64,000 bases of DNA from Thermoplasmatota archaeon (GCA_049472215.1 JBLIRH010000002.1:23815-87814); one strand, 5' to 3'; counted from the stretch's first letter, positions 28,121 to 38,378 are shown. Notes: a model not told the origin generated them from the letters alone. Numbers and translations are program-made.

Positions 28121-30076
28121 CTACTGGAAGCTTACACCGCAGCTCGGGCAGGATGCAGCATCCTCTTCTATGACCGCACTGCAGTTTGGACATTCCAAAG
28201 CCAGTTCGAACTCCGCACCGCAGTTGCTGCACCTCGAATCGTAGGGTCCGAGGGGGGCGCTGCACTCGGGACAGACGTCGCCGATCTCCTCCTCTGTCCG
28301 CTCCATTTCGTCAATGAGAAGCTCGAGGTCCTGGACCTCCTGCATCTCGGATTCCTCGGGAAGCCCCATGAGGTCCTTTGATGCGGCGGGAAAGGCCGAT
28401 TCCTCGATCTCGTCCATCAGGTCTTCATCGAACTCGTCCTCGAGGTCTTCCTCGTATTCTTCTGCAAGCGACGGAGCCATCTCCGGCACCATAGGTGCTT
28501 CCAGGGGTCCTTCATCGAACTCCTCGGGTGGCTGCGGGGCAAGTTCCTCCGGTATCTCCTCCTCTGCTTCGCCTCCGCGCATGACATAGAACACCACGGC
28601 CCCCACTATCGCGAGGATCACCACGATGATCAGTATTATCATCCAGACCGGAGGTCCGTCGGTCCCCTCGCTCTCGGTGACCTCTATCGTGATCTGTGAC
28701 TGGTCCGTTCCACCTTCACCGTCGGTGACGACCACTGTGAACGTATACGTGCCCGGTTCGAAATCGCCGAGGTCAACGATCACGGTCGATGTGCTGCCCG
28801 TCCATCCGGTGTTCGGGGTGACGGACCACGCATACGCAAGAGTGTCGCTGTCGGCATCGGATGCAGCCACCGTGAATTCAAGGTCCTTGTTCTTTGGTAT
28901 CCTTGTGGCAGAGGGTGAGATGTCATGAATGACAGGATGATGGTTCGTCACACCGGAATCGTACGGGTCAGTATCCTGGTCGTTCGGAATACCGTCACCG
29001 TCAATGTCCCCGTCGTTGTCCGTGAAGAGACCGTCACCGTCGATATCCAGCTCCACAACTTCGCCCATCGTTGGCGGAAGTTGTCCTGAGTAAGCAAGCT
29101 GCGAAGCCAAAATGGTCACCCAATCGGAGCTGGGTTGCCCGGGATCGATCGTACCCGTGATGTACTTGACCATGTCAAGGGTGAACTGTCCGCCGCCGCT
29201 GCCGATCGCCCTTATCACGGGATTCACTATCGTGGCATCCAGAGGGGCCTCGATAACGGCAACTATGGATCCGCCGGAGGATCTATATTTAACGCCATGG
29301 TCGGATGTTTTGAAGTCAGAAGCTCTTGTTCCGGAACCGAACAGCATCGAGCCCCCGTATTCAATATCGAGATCGGCGTTGGTGCCTGTGAGCTCGAAGA
29401 GATAGAACTCGAAATCGGCATCGATCACGAGATATGGATACGGAAACGGAGCGACGGAGTACCTGTTCGATGGACCGACGGTCTCCGTCTGTTCGTCGGA
29501 TACCTGAAGATTGATCGCCTCCGTCCCCATCTTTACGCCGGGGGTCGTCGGGGCGTTGAAATCAAGTGTTATCGTTATCCCTTCGCTGATACCGAGGTTC
29601 TCGTTATGGTCGAGGGCATCATCGATGTTTCCAGCAACATCGTACTGGGCGGAACCTCCGAAGACCCTGCCGGGCAGATCGTCCCTGGCATAGACCTTCG
29701 CAACATCCTCGCTTGTCTTGGAAAAGTCCCATTCATGTGTGAAAAGGGGGTCGAACCACTCAGCTGTGGCATTCAGGACCTCGCCGCCCGGGATGGTGAT
29801 GTAGACCGTGTCAATATCATTATCCTGGTCGTTGTTCGTTACCGTGAAATCGAGGCTGGCCTCCTGACCGGCACCGAATATCAGCAGGTCAGAAGGGAAC
29901 TCGGGAATGGCAAGGTGCCCCTGGTTCCTCTCCATCACCACGGTGAAATCGTCCTGACCGAAATCGTGACCTACCGTGCCGTGGGGCCTGTCAAGATATG
30001 CAACCGCCCCGAAGGCGGCAAAGAACAGCACCGCGGCAATGCCGACGATCAGCTTCTCCCTAAGTTTCCCATCCAT
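28121..30076 (-). CDS. Membrane protein with extracellular PKD-like domain and cytoplasmic acidic linker + double zinc-ribbon tail
   Basis: N-terminal TM; PKD-like LAYAWSVTPNTGWTGSTSTVIVDLGDFEPGTYTFTVVVTDGEGGTDQS; TM VWMIILIIVVILAIVGAVVFYVMR; tail CPECSAPLGPYDSRCSNCGAEF...CPNCSAVIEEDAASCPSCGVSF. Confidence 0.8.
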   Translation of the reverse strand: MDGKLREKLIVGIAAVLFFAAFGAVAYLDRPHGTVGHDFGQDDFTVVMERNQGHLAIPEFPSDLLIFGAGQEASLDFTVTNNDQDNDIDTVYITIPGGEVLNATAEWFDPLFTHEWDFSKTSEDVAKVYARDDLPGRVFGGSAQYDVAGNIDDALDHNENLGISEGITITLDFNAPTTPGVKMGTEAINLQVSDEQTETVGPSNRYSVAPFPYPYLVIDADFEFYLFELTGTNADLDIEYGGSMLFGSGTRASDFKTSDHGVKYRSSGGSIVAVIEAPLDATIVNPVIRAIGSGGGQFTLDMVKYITGTIDPGQPSSDWVTILASQLAYSGQLPPTMGEVVELDIDGDGLFTDNDGDIDGDGIPNDQDTDPYDSGVTNHHPVIHDISPSATRIPKNKDLEFTVAASDADSDTLAYAWSVTPNTGWTGSTSTVIVDLGDFEPGTYTFTVVVTDGEGGTDQSQITIEVTESEGTDGPPVWMIILIIVVILAIVGAVVFYVMRGGEAEEEIPEELAPQPPEEFDEGPLEAPMVPEMAPSLAEEYEEDLEDEFDEDLMDEIEESAFPAASKDLMGLPEESEMQEVQDLELLIDEMERTEEEIGDVCPECSAPLGPYDSRCSNCGAEFELALECPNCSAVIEEDAASCPSCGVSFQ

Positions 30077-30244
30077 CGAAACTTCTCCTTTGCGAGGTCG
30101 TCCTTGTATCTATGTATAGTATACTCTCGGACGACGGCCTATTCACAGGAGGTATAAAAAACCTTTCCATTCCATTATCACCAGGAAGCAATCACTGGAT
30201 AACAACCCTGTGATAGTTCTGTGATATTTCTGGCCCCCGGTATC

Positions 30245-30499
30245 CTAAGCGCCCTGGAGTATGAAATATACCTTCCTGATAACGATGAACGTGAATATGA
30301 ACAGGAAGGTGTAGATGAAGAAGTTCACCCTGTCCTTCAGGGGTTTGGACGTGTAGGCATCCGTCAGCTCCCTGAGAACGAGAATGCCAAGAAGGATGAG
30401 GACGAAGAAGACCTCCAGGGATTCAACGAAAACAAGGCAGATCGAGGTCCATACCGCAAGTGCGAGAACAAGCTTGGATTCAGGCCGCAGGTTCACCAC
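30245..30499 (-). CDS. Small membrane protein (GTG start overlapping upstream stop)
   Basis: LVLALAVWTSICLVFVESLEVFFVLILLGILVLREL...FFIYTFLFIFTFIVIRKVYFIL; GTG at 30499 or 30496 rather than the track start at 30658. Confidence 0.6.
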   Translation of the reverse strand: MVNLRPESKLVLALAVWTSICLVFVESLEVFFVLILLGILVLRELTDAYTSKPLKDRVNFFIYTFLFIFTFIVIRKVYFILQGA

Positions 30500-31284
30500 C
30501 TCTCCAGTTTGTAGGTCACTTTGCCGTCTTTGTGTTCGACCGATGCGATCCGCAAAGGACTCCTTGAGATCCTCGCCGAGGCCGAAAGCACGGCCGAGCA
30601 GCCCGGACAACCCACGGTCGCATGAAGCCTTTCGTCCTCCTTCCACGCTTCCTCGCATACTTCCCTGAACCGTGAATGGGTTATCTCGATGAAGATGTCG
30701 ACACCCTTGGTCCTTGCCGAGATCGACCCGATGAGACCCGTCCCCTTCGACAGCCTTTCGAGGGTCTCGTTCAGATCTGACAGGTTCTCTTCCGAGAACC
30801 TCTTTCCGGAATCCTTCTCGATCCGGTCGACCATTCCGGAGCCAGGCGGGATCATTGAAACTCCCATGGACGATCCCGTGGTCCCGACGATGAGGACCTG
30901 TTCCGAGACCAGTTTTGGAAGGGGAAGGGGGCGCTCCTCGGCAGGTATGTAGACCCTCTCCTGCTTGAGCCTCCCCCCGACCGGTATGTAGATGCCGTTG
31001 CCTTTCAGCTCGAGCGACCCTAGCAGCCTCCCCATGTTCCTGTCCTGATCTAAAAGCAGAGGGTCGACCATTTCCTTGGGAACTGTCCTGAACGAGAACA
31101 GAAAGAGCATCAGGATCCCGATCAGGAAAGTACCGAACCCAGCCCTTAGAACGAATTCGGCCGCCTTGTCAGCGATGCCAATGTCGGCGAAGGGAACGAT
31201 CTTACCGGATATCAGGACCATGGCGAGGCCCGACAAGGCTAGCGCGATGCCGCCCAACCTCAGCAGGACCTCTTTCTTGTCCAT
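30493..31284 (-). CDS. Membrane protein with C-terminal conserved cysteine pair
   Basis: Two N-terminal TM segments; HATVGCPGCSAVLSASARISRSPLRIASVEHKDGKVTYKLERW. Confidence 0.65.
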   Translation of the reverse strand: MDKKEVLLRLGGIALALSGLAMVLISGKIVPFADIGIADKAAEFVLRAGFGTFLIGILMLFLFSFRTVPKEMVDPLLLDQDRNMGRLLGSLELKGNGIYIPVGGRLKQERVYIPAEERPLPLPKLVSEQVLIVGTTGSSMGVSMIPPGSGMVDRIEKDSGKRFSEENLSDLNETLERLSKGTGLIGSISARTKGVDIFIEITHSRFREVCEEAWKEDERLHATVGCPGCSAVLSASARISRSPLRIASVEHKDGKVTYKLERW

Positions 31285-31415
31285 CGACCCAACTATGCCC
31301 TTGCTGTAGATAAACGTGTCGAAACCTTTATGTCAGGAGATAATCTCACCTTTCAATTAGAAAGCCAGCTTCCCGGGTAGTTGACGGGATACGTGCTGGT
31401 GGGTCTGGTGCCGGA

Positions 31416-32531
31416 ATGATAGAACAGGTCAGGACCGCATACAGGTACCTACTGGTGATGGGTGCAGGACTGGTCCTCCTGATGTTCTCCGTAATGGTAC
31501 CTGTTCTTTCCTCGGATGCCGATTTCTCGATCTACAACACCGGCTGGAACGGTTGCTCCGAGATCGGAAGGGACACCTATTCCACCGGGTCCTTCATACC
31601 GACCATAGACCTGTCAGCCTCCTCTAGTGAGAGGGTCGTCCACAACTCATTTTCGGAACTCGAGGGAGGCCTGAGACCTTCACGTTCGGCACTGCTGATA
31701 ATCGGTCCCGACGGATCTTTCTCGAAGGAGGAAGGGAAGTTCGCCGATTCGTTCCTCAACGACGGGGGCTTGATCCTCCTGGCGGATGATATCGGAACCG
31801 GGAACGAGCTGCTCTCCTACCTCAACACCTCCACAAGGATATCCGAGAGGACCCTTCTCGATCTGTCATTCATGAAGAGCAGCAAGTTCTCCGTGACAAC
31901 GGAGTTCTCCGACCACGATATCACGAGGAACCTGACCATGCTCCTGATGAACCTGCCCTCAACGGTAATACCATCCGAGAGGGCATTCCCGGTCGTGAAT
32001 TCTTCCAGGACATCATGGCTGAGCCTTGACGGGGACGGTATCTGGGACGAAGGGGAGCCACTGGGACCTTTTCCATTGTTGACGATCGAGAGGTACGGAA
32101 GGGGGACGCTTATCGTTCTCTCGGAGCCAAGCCTTCTCATCAATCAGATGCGCGGCGAAATGGACAACGGGATCTTCGTCGGCAACCTCATCGAATTCAT
32201 CTCACGGGACAGGGAGAACATCATTGTGGACGAATCCCACAGGGACCTCACGAACCCGGTCCAGTTCACGAACTCGTTCGTGGCGGGTATGGACCCGTAC
32301 CAGAAAGTCGGGGTCCTGGTAGCGATCTCAGTGATCTTCATGATCCTGAACACATCCTATCCGAGAACGGTCCTCGGATCGCTTCGAAGGCTCATCGACA
32401 GGCTTCTATCGGAGAAGAGGGTTGTGCCTGGTGAACAAAGGCCTCCCATTGAGGCTGTCATGGAAGCACATCCGGACTGGGACCGAAGGGTGCTGGAGAG
32501 ATTGATCAAGGACATCGAGGGAGCTACATGA
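31416..32531 (+). CDS. DUF4350-like membrane protein
   Basis: SALLIIGPDGSFSKEEGKFADSFLNDGGLILLADDIGTGNELLSYL; VDESHRD; N- and C-terminal TM segments; overlaps moxR start. Confidence 0.6.
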   Translation: MIEQVRTAYRYLLVMGAGLVLLMFSVMVPVLSSDADFSIYNTGWNGCSEIGRDTYSTGSFIPTIDLSASSSERVVHNSFSELEGGLRPSRSALLIIGPDGSFSKEEGKFADSFLNDGGLILLADDIGTGNELLSYLNTSTRISERTLLDLSFMKSSKFSVTTEFSDHDITRNLTMLLMNLPSTVIPSERAFPVVNSSRTSWLSLDGDGIWDEGEPLGPFPLLTIERYGRGTLIVLSEPSLLINQMRGEMDNGIFVGNLIEFISRDRENIIVDESHRDLTNPVQFTNSFVAGMDPYQKVGVLVAISVIFMILNTSYPRTVLGSLRRLIDRLLSEKRVVPGEQRPPIEAVMEAHPDWDRRVLERLIKDIEGAT

Positions 32532-33475
32532 GCACGGCTTCGCAGGAACTATACACAAAGGTCAGAGATGAGACATCAAAGGTCATCATCGGTTATGAGG
32601 ACATAATCGAGGACTTCCTGATCTGTCTATCGGCAGGGGGGCATATTCTACTGGAGGGTGTCCCGGGGATCTCCAAGACGACGCTTGCGAAGACCCTTTC
32701 CGACGTGGTCGGCCTCTCCTTCAAGAGGATACAGTTCACCCAGGACCTCCTTCCCGCGGACATTACCGGCCATTATTTCTACAACCAGAAGGAGCAGGAG
32801 TTCCAGTTCAGGAAGGGCCCCATATTCGCCAATGTCATCCTGGCGGACGAGATCAACAGGGCCCCGACCAAGACGCAGTCCGCACTCCTGGAAGCTATGG
32901 AGGAGAAGCAGGTTACGGTTGAAGGTACAACCTTCAAGCTCCAGGAGCCTTTTCTCGTGATGGCGACCATAAACCCGGTCGAACATGAGGGGGTCTACAC
33001 GCTGCCCGAGGCCCAGCTCGATCGTTTCATGATGAAGGGAATCATGGATTACCTACCGATGGAAAAAGAGCTGAAGCTCCTCGAGTTGAAGAACAAGGAA
33101 TGGAGGAGGCAGAACCACAGGCCCCTGAACGAGGATGTATTCAACATCCTTATCAGCGAGGTCCATTCCTGCAGAGCAGACGCGACGATCCTGGCCTATA
33201 TAAGGGATATTGTGAGGGAGACAAGGCTGGACGAACAGATCATACTCGGAGCCAGTCCGAGGGCGGGGGAGCAGATCCTATACGCTTCAAAGGCTGCCTC
33301 CGTCCTTTCCGGAAGGAACTACGTGATCCCCGACGATGTGAAGAAAGTTGTCAGAAAGATGATCCCGCACAGATTGACACTTTCCCTCGACAGCGAGCTC
33401 GAGGGTATATCGTCGGCCAAGGTCACGGAGGATATTCTTTCAAGGGTCGAGGTCGTGAAGCCCCAGGGGGCCTGA
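32528..33475 (+). CDS. MoxR-family AAA+ ATPase
   Basis: GGHILLEGVPGISKTTLAKTLS Walker A; VILADEINRAPTKTQSALLEAMEEKQVTVEG. Confidence 0.9.
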   Translation: MSTASQELYTKVRDETSKVIIGYEDIIEDFLICLSAGGHILLEGVPGISKTTLAKTLSDVVGLSFKRIQFTQDLLPADITGHYFYNQKEQEFQFRKGPIFANVILADEINRAPTKTQSALLEAMEEKQVTVEGTTFKLQEPFLVMATINPVEHEGVYTLPEAQLDRFMMKGIMDYLPMEKELKLLELKNKEWRRQNHRPLNEDVFNILISEVHSCRADATILAYIRDIVRETRLDEQIILGASPRAGEQILYASKAASVLSGRNYVIPDDVKKVVRKMIPHRLTLSLDSELEGISSAKVTEDILSRVEVVKPQGA

Positions 33476-33491
33476 AAGAAGGTGATGTGAG

Positions 33492-34841
33492 ATGGGTTCT
33501 CCGTTCCTTGCTTATGATATCAGGGGAAAGGTGGGGGAAGATATCACCGAGGAGATGGTCTACTCCATCGGCCTTGCCTACTGCGAGCTCTTCGGAACCA
33601 GGAAGGTGGTGTTGGGGAGGGACATCCGGCCCTCCTCTACCAAGCTGTCCGAGGTTCTCTCCGAAGGGCTTTCCGATGGCGGAGCGGATGTTCTCGATAT
33701 CGGCCTCTGCGGGACCGAGGTGGTGTATTTTGCCACCCCGCACCTTGATGCCGACGGCGGAATAATGATCACGGCATCCCACAATCCCAGAGGATACAAC
33801 GGGATGAAGATGGTGAAGAGGGGATCGGTCCCGATATCAAAGGACAACGGGCTCCATACCATCAAGGACATGGTAGAGAAAGGAGGACTCGGCAAGAGCG
33901 GTTCCCAAGGCTCCGTCAGAGAGGTCGACATATGGGAGCCGTATACCGGGAAGGTGCTGTCGTTCCTGAAGGACAAGGGGTCCCTGGAGGGCTTCAAGGT
34001 CGTGACCGACCCGGGCCATGGATGTGCCGGCCCCGCCCTCGACCTCGTTGCAGAGGAGACGGGATTGGTCCTCGACAGGCTGCATCACGAGCCGAACGGG
34101 ACCTTTCCGGCAGGGGTTCCGAACCCGATCCTGCCCGAGATGAGGGGGCCGATCTCGGAAAGGGTCGGAAGCACGGATGCGGGGCTGGGAGTGGCCTGGG
34201 ACGGCGATTACGACAGGTGCTTTCTTTTCGACGAGAACGGCGGTTTCACCGAGGGGTATTACATCGTCGGCCTGCTTGCCCGGAAGATGCTCGAGAGGGA
34301 GAAGGGAGGCAGGATCATTCACGATCCGAGGTTGACCTGGAACACCATCGAGATAGTCAACGAGATGGGGGGGGTTCCGGTCATGAACAAGACCGGACAT
34401 GCTTTTATTAAGGACCGGATGAGGCTGGAGGACGCCGTGTACGGCGGCGAGATGTCCGCTCATCATTATTTCAGGGATTTCTACTACTGCGATACCGGAA
34501 TGATCCCCTGGTTGATCGTTCTGGAGCATATGATCGAGACCGGAAAGGAACTTTCCGAGCTTATCGGGGAGAGGATGAGGAGGTATCCCGTAAGCGGTGA
34601 GATCAACAGGAAGGTGTCCGATCAGAAGGCCGTCATTTCGACCATCGAGGAGAAATACTCGCCGGATGCAGCGAACGTCGACCATACCGACGGCGTATCG
34701 GTGGAATACGAACATTACAGGTTCAATCTCAGGTCCTCGAACACGGAGCCCCTGATCAGACTGAATGTCGAAACAAGAGGGGATAAAAAGCTTCTTGACG
34801 AGAAGACGCGGGAGCTTCTCGACCTTATCGACAGTATGTGA
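33492..34841 (+). CDS. Phosphomannomutase/phosphoglucomutase family protein
   Basis: GGIMITASHNPRGYNGMKMV phosphoserine loop; AWDGDYDRCFLFDENG metal loop. Confidence 0.9.
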   Translation: MGSPFLAYDIRGKVGEDITEEMVYSIGLAYCELFGTRKVVLGRDIRPSSTKLSEVLSEGLSDGGADVLDIGLCGTEVVYFATPHLDADGGIMITASHNPRGYNGMKMVKRGSVPISKDNGLHTIKDMVEKGGLGKSGSQGSVREVDIWEPYTGKVLSFLKDKGSLEGFKVVTDPGHGCAGPALDLVAEETGLVLDRLHHEPNGTFPAGVPNPILPEMRGPISERVGSTDAGLGVAWDGDYDRCFLFDENGGFTEGYYIVGLLARKMLEREKGGRIIHDPRLTWNTIEIVNEMGGVPVMNKTGHAFIKDRMRLEDAVYGGEMSAHHYFRDFYYCDTGMIPWLIVLEHMIETGKELSELIGERMRRYPVSGEINRKVSDQKAVISTIEEKYSPDAANVDHTDGVSVEYEHYRFNLRSSNTEPLIRLNVETRGDKKLLDEKTRELLDLIDSM

Positions 34842-35671
34842 AGAGGGTTCGAATGGAGAAGTTCAGGCTACTTGTTGATGAAACGGCGACCCCCTCCGAG
34901 AACATGGCAAGGGACGAGGCACTACTTAGAAGGGTGATAGCGAAGGAGTCCATGCCATGCATCCGTTTTTATCAATGGAGGCCTGCCGGACTTTCACTTG
35001 GGAGGTTCCAGAGCATCGAGAAGGGGGTCGATCTCGAGGCTTGTAATAGGTACGGGGTGGAGGTCGTGAGGAGATTGACAGGGGGGGAGGCGGTCCTGCA
35101 TGACGACGAGATCACCTATTCCATTATCGTTCCGGTGACGCATCCGAAGTTCGACGGCAAGGGGGTGGTGGACACCTACAGGACGATATCAAGGGCGCTG
35201 GTGAAGGGACTTCAGCTGACCGGGGTCGAATCCACCATGGCAGGGAGTGCCCCGACCCGTCCCGATCCTGCGGGGCAGGGGGTCTGCTTCTATACACCGA
35301 CGGTCTACGAGATAGTGGCCAAGGGGAAGAAGATCATAGGTTCCGCACAAACGAGGGAGAAACTTATCATCCTACAGCACGGATCGATCCCCATCGATTG
35401 GGATATCGACAAGCAGCTCGATGTGATGGGGATCCCCTCCGGGAACCGGGAGGTCTTCAGGGATCTCTTTACGACGAGGGCAACAACAATATCGGAACAG
35501 CTGGGGGGACGGCCGGGGTTCTATGACCTGGTCAAGAACTTCTCGAAGGGGTTCGAGGAGGTCTTCGATATGGAGCTGGAGCCGTCGGATTATTCCATGC
35601 AGGAGAGGAAGATGGCGGATTGGCTGGTGGAGAAGAAATACGCCAACGATGAATGGAACCTAAAGTTGTAG
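34838..35671 (+). CDS. Lipoate-protein ligase A family (LplA/LipM-type) protein
   Basis: PCIRFYQWRPAGLSLGRFQS...VVRRLTGGEAVLHDDEITYSIIVP...VESTMAG; start GTG 34838 or ATG 34853. Confidence 0.8.
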   Translation: MKRVRMEKFRLLVDETATPSENMARDEALLRRVIAKESMPCIRFYQWRPAGLSLGRFQSIEKGVDLEACNRYGVEVVRRLTGGEAVLHDDEITYSIIVPVTHPKFDGKGVVDTYRTISRALVKGLQLTGVESTMAGSAPTRPDPAGQGVCFYTPTVYEIVAKGKKIIGSAQTREKLIILQHGSIPIDWDIDKQLDVMGIPSGNREVFRDLFTTRATTISEQLGGRPGFYDLVKNFSKGFEEVFDMELEPSDYSMQERKMADWLVEKKYANDEWNLKL

Positions 35672-36247
35672 CCCCTCGTCAATTTCCTGGAAGGTTTCAC
35701 CATCCAAACAACGTAACGAGAGCAACTCGGGTTCTGATGCAATAGCAATTCCCTTGTATCCTTTCTTCCTCCTTTTTCTGATAACAAGGAAAATGATCAG
35801 GATAATTACTGCAGAATGGAAGATAATGAATATCCAGAATGCGTCCTTTTCCCCATATTGTGTTAATTTGATCTTGTAATCCAGTCGGTCCAACGGGAAG
35901 AACTCGTTATCATTGACGACAACGATATAGCTCCTCCCCTTTGGGAGGTCCACATAGGTTTTAATGGATGATATATCATTGAAGCTCTTCTCGGGTTTGA
36001 AAAGGGCCCTATTAATGAAATTATAATATTCATCCTCTTTGAAGATGTAAATATCCATATTCTCATTCGAATCTATTCTGATGTATATCCTGTTGAATAT
36101 CCACGTCTTGAACGAATATTCCTTGTATGTCCCGATCCGAGACTCCTCATCCAGTACCTTTCTTGCGGAAATGGGGTGAGGGAGGAAAATGATGATCAAC
36201 AAAAGGACCAATGTTACTATAGCAAAGATCTTCCTTTGCATCCTCAT
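35660..36247 (-). CDS. Membrane protein of unknown function
   Basis: N-terminal TM IFAIVTLVLLLIIIFLPHPISA and internal TM AFWIFIIFHSAVIILIIFLVIRKRRKKG. Confidence 0.6.
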   Translation of the reverse strand: MRMQRKIFAIVTLVLLLIIIFLPHPISARKVLDEESRIGTYKEYSFKTWIFNRIYIRIDSNENMDIYIFKEDEYYNFINRALFKPEKSFNDISSIKTYVDLPKGRSYIVVVNDNEFFPLDRLDYKIKLTQYGEKDAFWIFIIFHSAVIILIIFLVIRKRRKKGYKGIAIASEPELLSLRCLDGETFQEIDEGLQL

Positions 36248-36331
36248 CAGATGATATTTCCATTCCCGATAATAAATACCTTATTCGTTCATGAAAGAAA
36301 GAAAATGGAAGATGGGGACAAAATATCTCGA

Positions 36332-36640
36332 TCATCCTTTCCTTATCAGGAGGACATCCCTGGCCAGCTTTTCAGGATGGTCCTCGACCTTCGATAGATA
36401 TTTTTCGATGTGCTTTTCATCTTCTATCTGAAAGTCGAAGGACGATCTGCATTTGCCGCAGGTGAATATTATCTTCAGCATGTCCTGCCCAATATCGTGG
36501 TTCATCTCTTTTATTTCCATTAGCTCGTTGTAACTGCAGATCGGACAGGGGCCGGTAAGCATCTTCAAGATATCACCTTTCAAATTCCAAATGGATATTG
36601 GATAATAAGGATTTCCGCTAAAATTTTGATCACGGACCAA
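36332..36640 (-). CDS. Zinc-ribbon-containing small protein
   Basis: CPICSYNELMEIK...IIFTCGKCRSSFDF. Confidence 0.5.
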   Translation of the reverse strand: MVRDQNFSGNPYYPISIWNLKGDILKMLTGPCPICSYNELMEIKEMNHDIGQDMLKIIFTCGKCRSSFDFQIEDEKHIEKYLSKVEDHPEKLARDVLLIRKG

Positions 36641-36696
36641 GAATGTTCTCTGTCTTGCTAGGGTGGAGGTCGGTCATCCATCATCATTCCAGGAGG

Positions 36697-37383
36697 TCAT
36701 TTCGCCTCGACGTCTATCACAACATCTTCCGACCTCACCTTGTCGTAGAACTCCTTCAGATTGTCGCTTATGTGAAACTTCTTATCCATCTTGCTGTAGA
36801 TAACGTCTATCAGCAGGACCAGTGCTCCCTTTATCAGAAGATAGATGGCAGTGGACAGGGCGAGCATCACGCCTCCGATGATGAAGATGATGATGTAGGC
36901 CGCAAGATGAAAACCCGTGAACCCCGTGAAGTAGATCGATATGGAATCGGTCGTGACGACTGCGAGGATTATGAGCCCGACCACGATATCTATCTTGATG
37001 AGTCCTTCCCGGACCGGTTTGATGATGCTCTCCACCGCATCGTCCTTGAGAGCCTTTATCGGATGATAGACGATCTCCAGGACCCCCCAGAACTCCCTGA
37101 TCTCCATCCCGGTGAAGACTGCTATCCCGACGTAGATGAATCCGAAACACAGGTGGACGAGGTTCGGAACATCTATATTCCAGGGGTCGAAGAGGTCCCA
37201 TAGCAATATCGGTATGTGGATCAGGAGTGAAAGCAGCAGCAGGGGAACCCCCAGGATCAGGATCATCAGGAAAGCCGAGTGCCTCTTGGCTTTCTCTATC
37301 GGGTATCTGTCCCTGAACCTCTCGAGCATCCGGAGTATCCAGGAGAGTGATCTCACGAACGCTCCCTTTCTCCGTTTCCCCAT
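36697..37383 (-). CDS. Multi-pass membrane protein of unknown function
   Basis: Four hydrophobic segments, e.g. HSAFLMILILGVPLLLLSLLIHIPILLW, YIIIFIIGGVMLALSTAIYLLIKGALVLLI. Confidence 0.65.
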   Translation of the reverse strand: MGKRRKGAFVRSLSWILRMLERFRDRYPIEKAKRHSAFLMILILGVPLLLLSLLIHIPILLWDLFDPWNIDVPNLVHLCFGFIYVGIAVFTGMEIREFWGVLEIVYHPIKALKDDAVESIIKPVREGLIKIDIVVGLIILAVVTTDSISIYFTGFTGFHLAAYIIIFIIGGVMLALSTAIYLLIKGALVLLIDVIYSKMDKKFHISDNLKEFYDKVRSEDVVIDVEAK

Positions 37384-37422
37384 GCCCTTTCAATTCAGGG
37401 TGGATATTTCTAACTTTTTCTT

Positions 37423-37824
37423 CTACAGCCTCCCTCGCCCGGAACGTATCCTTTCCGTTCTTCCCTTATCCCTGGGTTTCGCCTCCCACCCCAGTTCCGA
37501 AAGGAGCAAAAGCTTCCCGTCCGGAAGAGGATAGACAGATGACACCACGGACATGGTCCCCCTGGCCGAGGGTATCAGGCTGGTCCGCAGGTTCTGGGGG
37601 GCCCCCGTATCAACAGCTATCTTCAAAGCATCGGGTAGTCCCATCACCTTTGCCATTGGGATTGCTTCTTCGAGCTTCAATTCGGAGATAGGGGTATCGT
37701 TCAATGGAGGGAGGTCATGGGAAGCCGCCTCGTTCATCCAGAGAACGGACATGGACACAGGATCGATGAGGGCCGCCTTGACCTTAACCGGGCCGTTCTT
37801 ACCATCAATTTTTCTGTCCACCAT
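37423..37824 (-). CDS. Possible PAS-fold small protein
   Basis: KVKAALIDPVSMSVLWMNEAASH...VYPLPDGKLLLLSELG; weak similarity only. Confidence 0.35.
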   Translation of the reverse strand: MVDRKIDGKNGPVKVKAALIDPVSMSVLWMNEAASHDLPPLNDTPISELKLEEAIPMAKVMGLPDALKIAVDTGAPQNLRTSLIPSARGTMSVVSSVYPLPDGKLLLLSELGWEAKPRDKGRTERIRSGRGRL

Positions 37825-37892
37825 ATCATCCTGCCCTTAACTGCATGATTATGGAAAGATCCCGTCTTAAACATGCTGATGAAGGCGGGTTA

Positions 37893-38240
37893 TTACCTCT
37901 TGCAGGACATCCTTCCCTGCTCAACCATATCCTCGGCATACCCGAGCCGGCCGGCCTCCTTTATCCTTCTCAGGCTCTCGTTCCTGTTGGAGCGAAGGAC
38001 GAAGGAAATGGTCCTCGCAAAGAAATTGTTCAGCTTTGCGCAATCCTTCGGATCAGAGAATTCGGCACAATCGGCACAGGTGGAATACCCGTGCTCCATG
38101 TTGCACGTTCTCACCTGGCACCAGGTCGCCTTCTCGTTCTTGGCACAACCCGGACACCTGCCGTTCTTGAACTTGCCGCATTCGCCGCAGTAGAGCCCGC
38201 AGAATGCAACAAGATCGGCGTTCGCTAATTTCTCGGCCAT
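37893..38240 (-). CDS. DUF3795-type Cys-rich protein
   Basis: LVAFCGLYCGECGKFKNGRCPGCAKNEKATWCQVRTCNMEHGYSTCADCAEF. Confidence 0.65.
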   Translation of the reverse strand: MAEKLANADLVAFCGLYCGECGKFKNGRCPGCAKNEKATWCQVRTCNMEHGYSTCADCAEFSDPKDCAKLNNFFARTISFVLRSNRNESLRRIKEAGRLGYAEDMVEQGRMSCKR

Positions 38241-38378
38241 AGAGATCCCTTTACCAGGTGGATGAACGGGTATTTAACCCCGTCCGGACAGGAGTTCCGT
38301 GAAAGTAATTCTTTCAGTGAGTCCGGCGAACATGACAAATATTGAAACTGGCAATGTCGAAAAGGGAGTCATAGGAAG

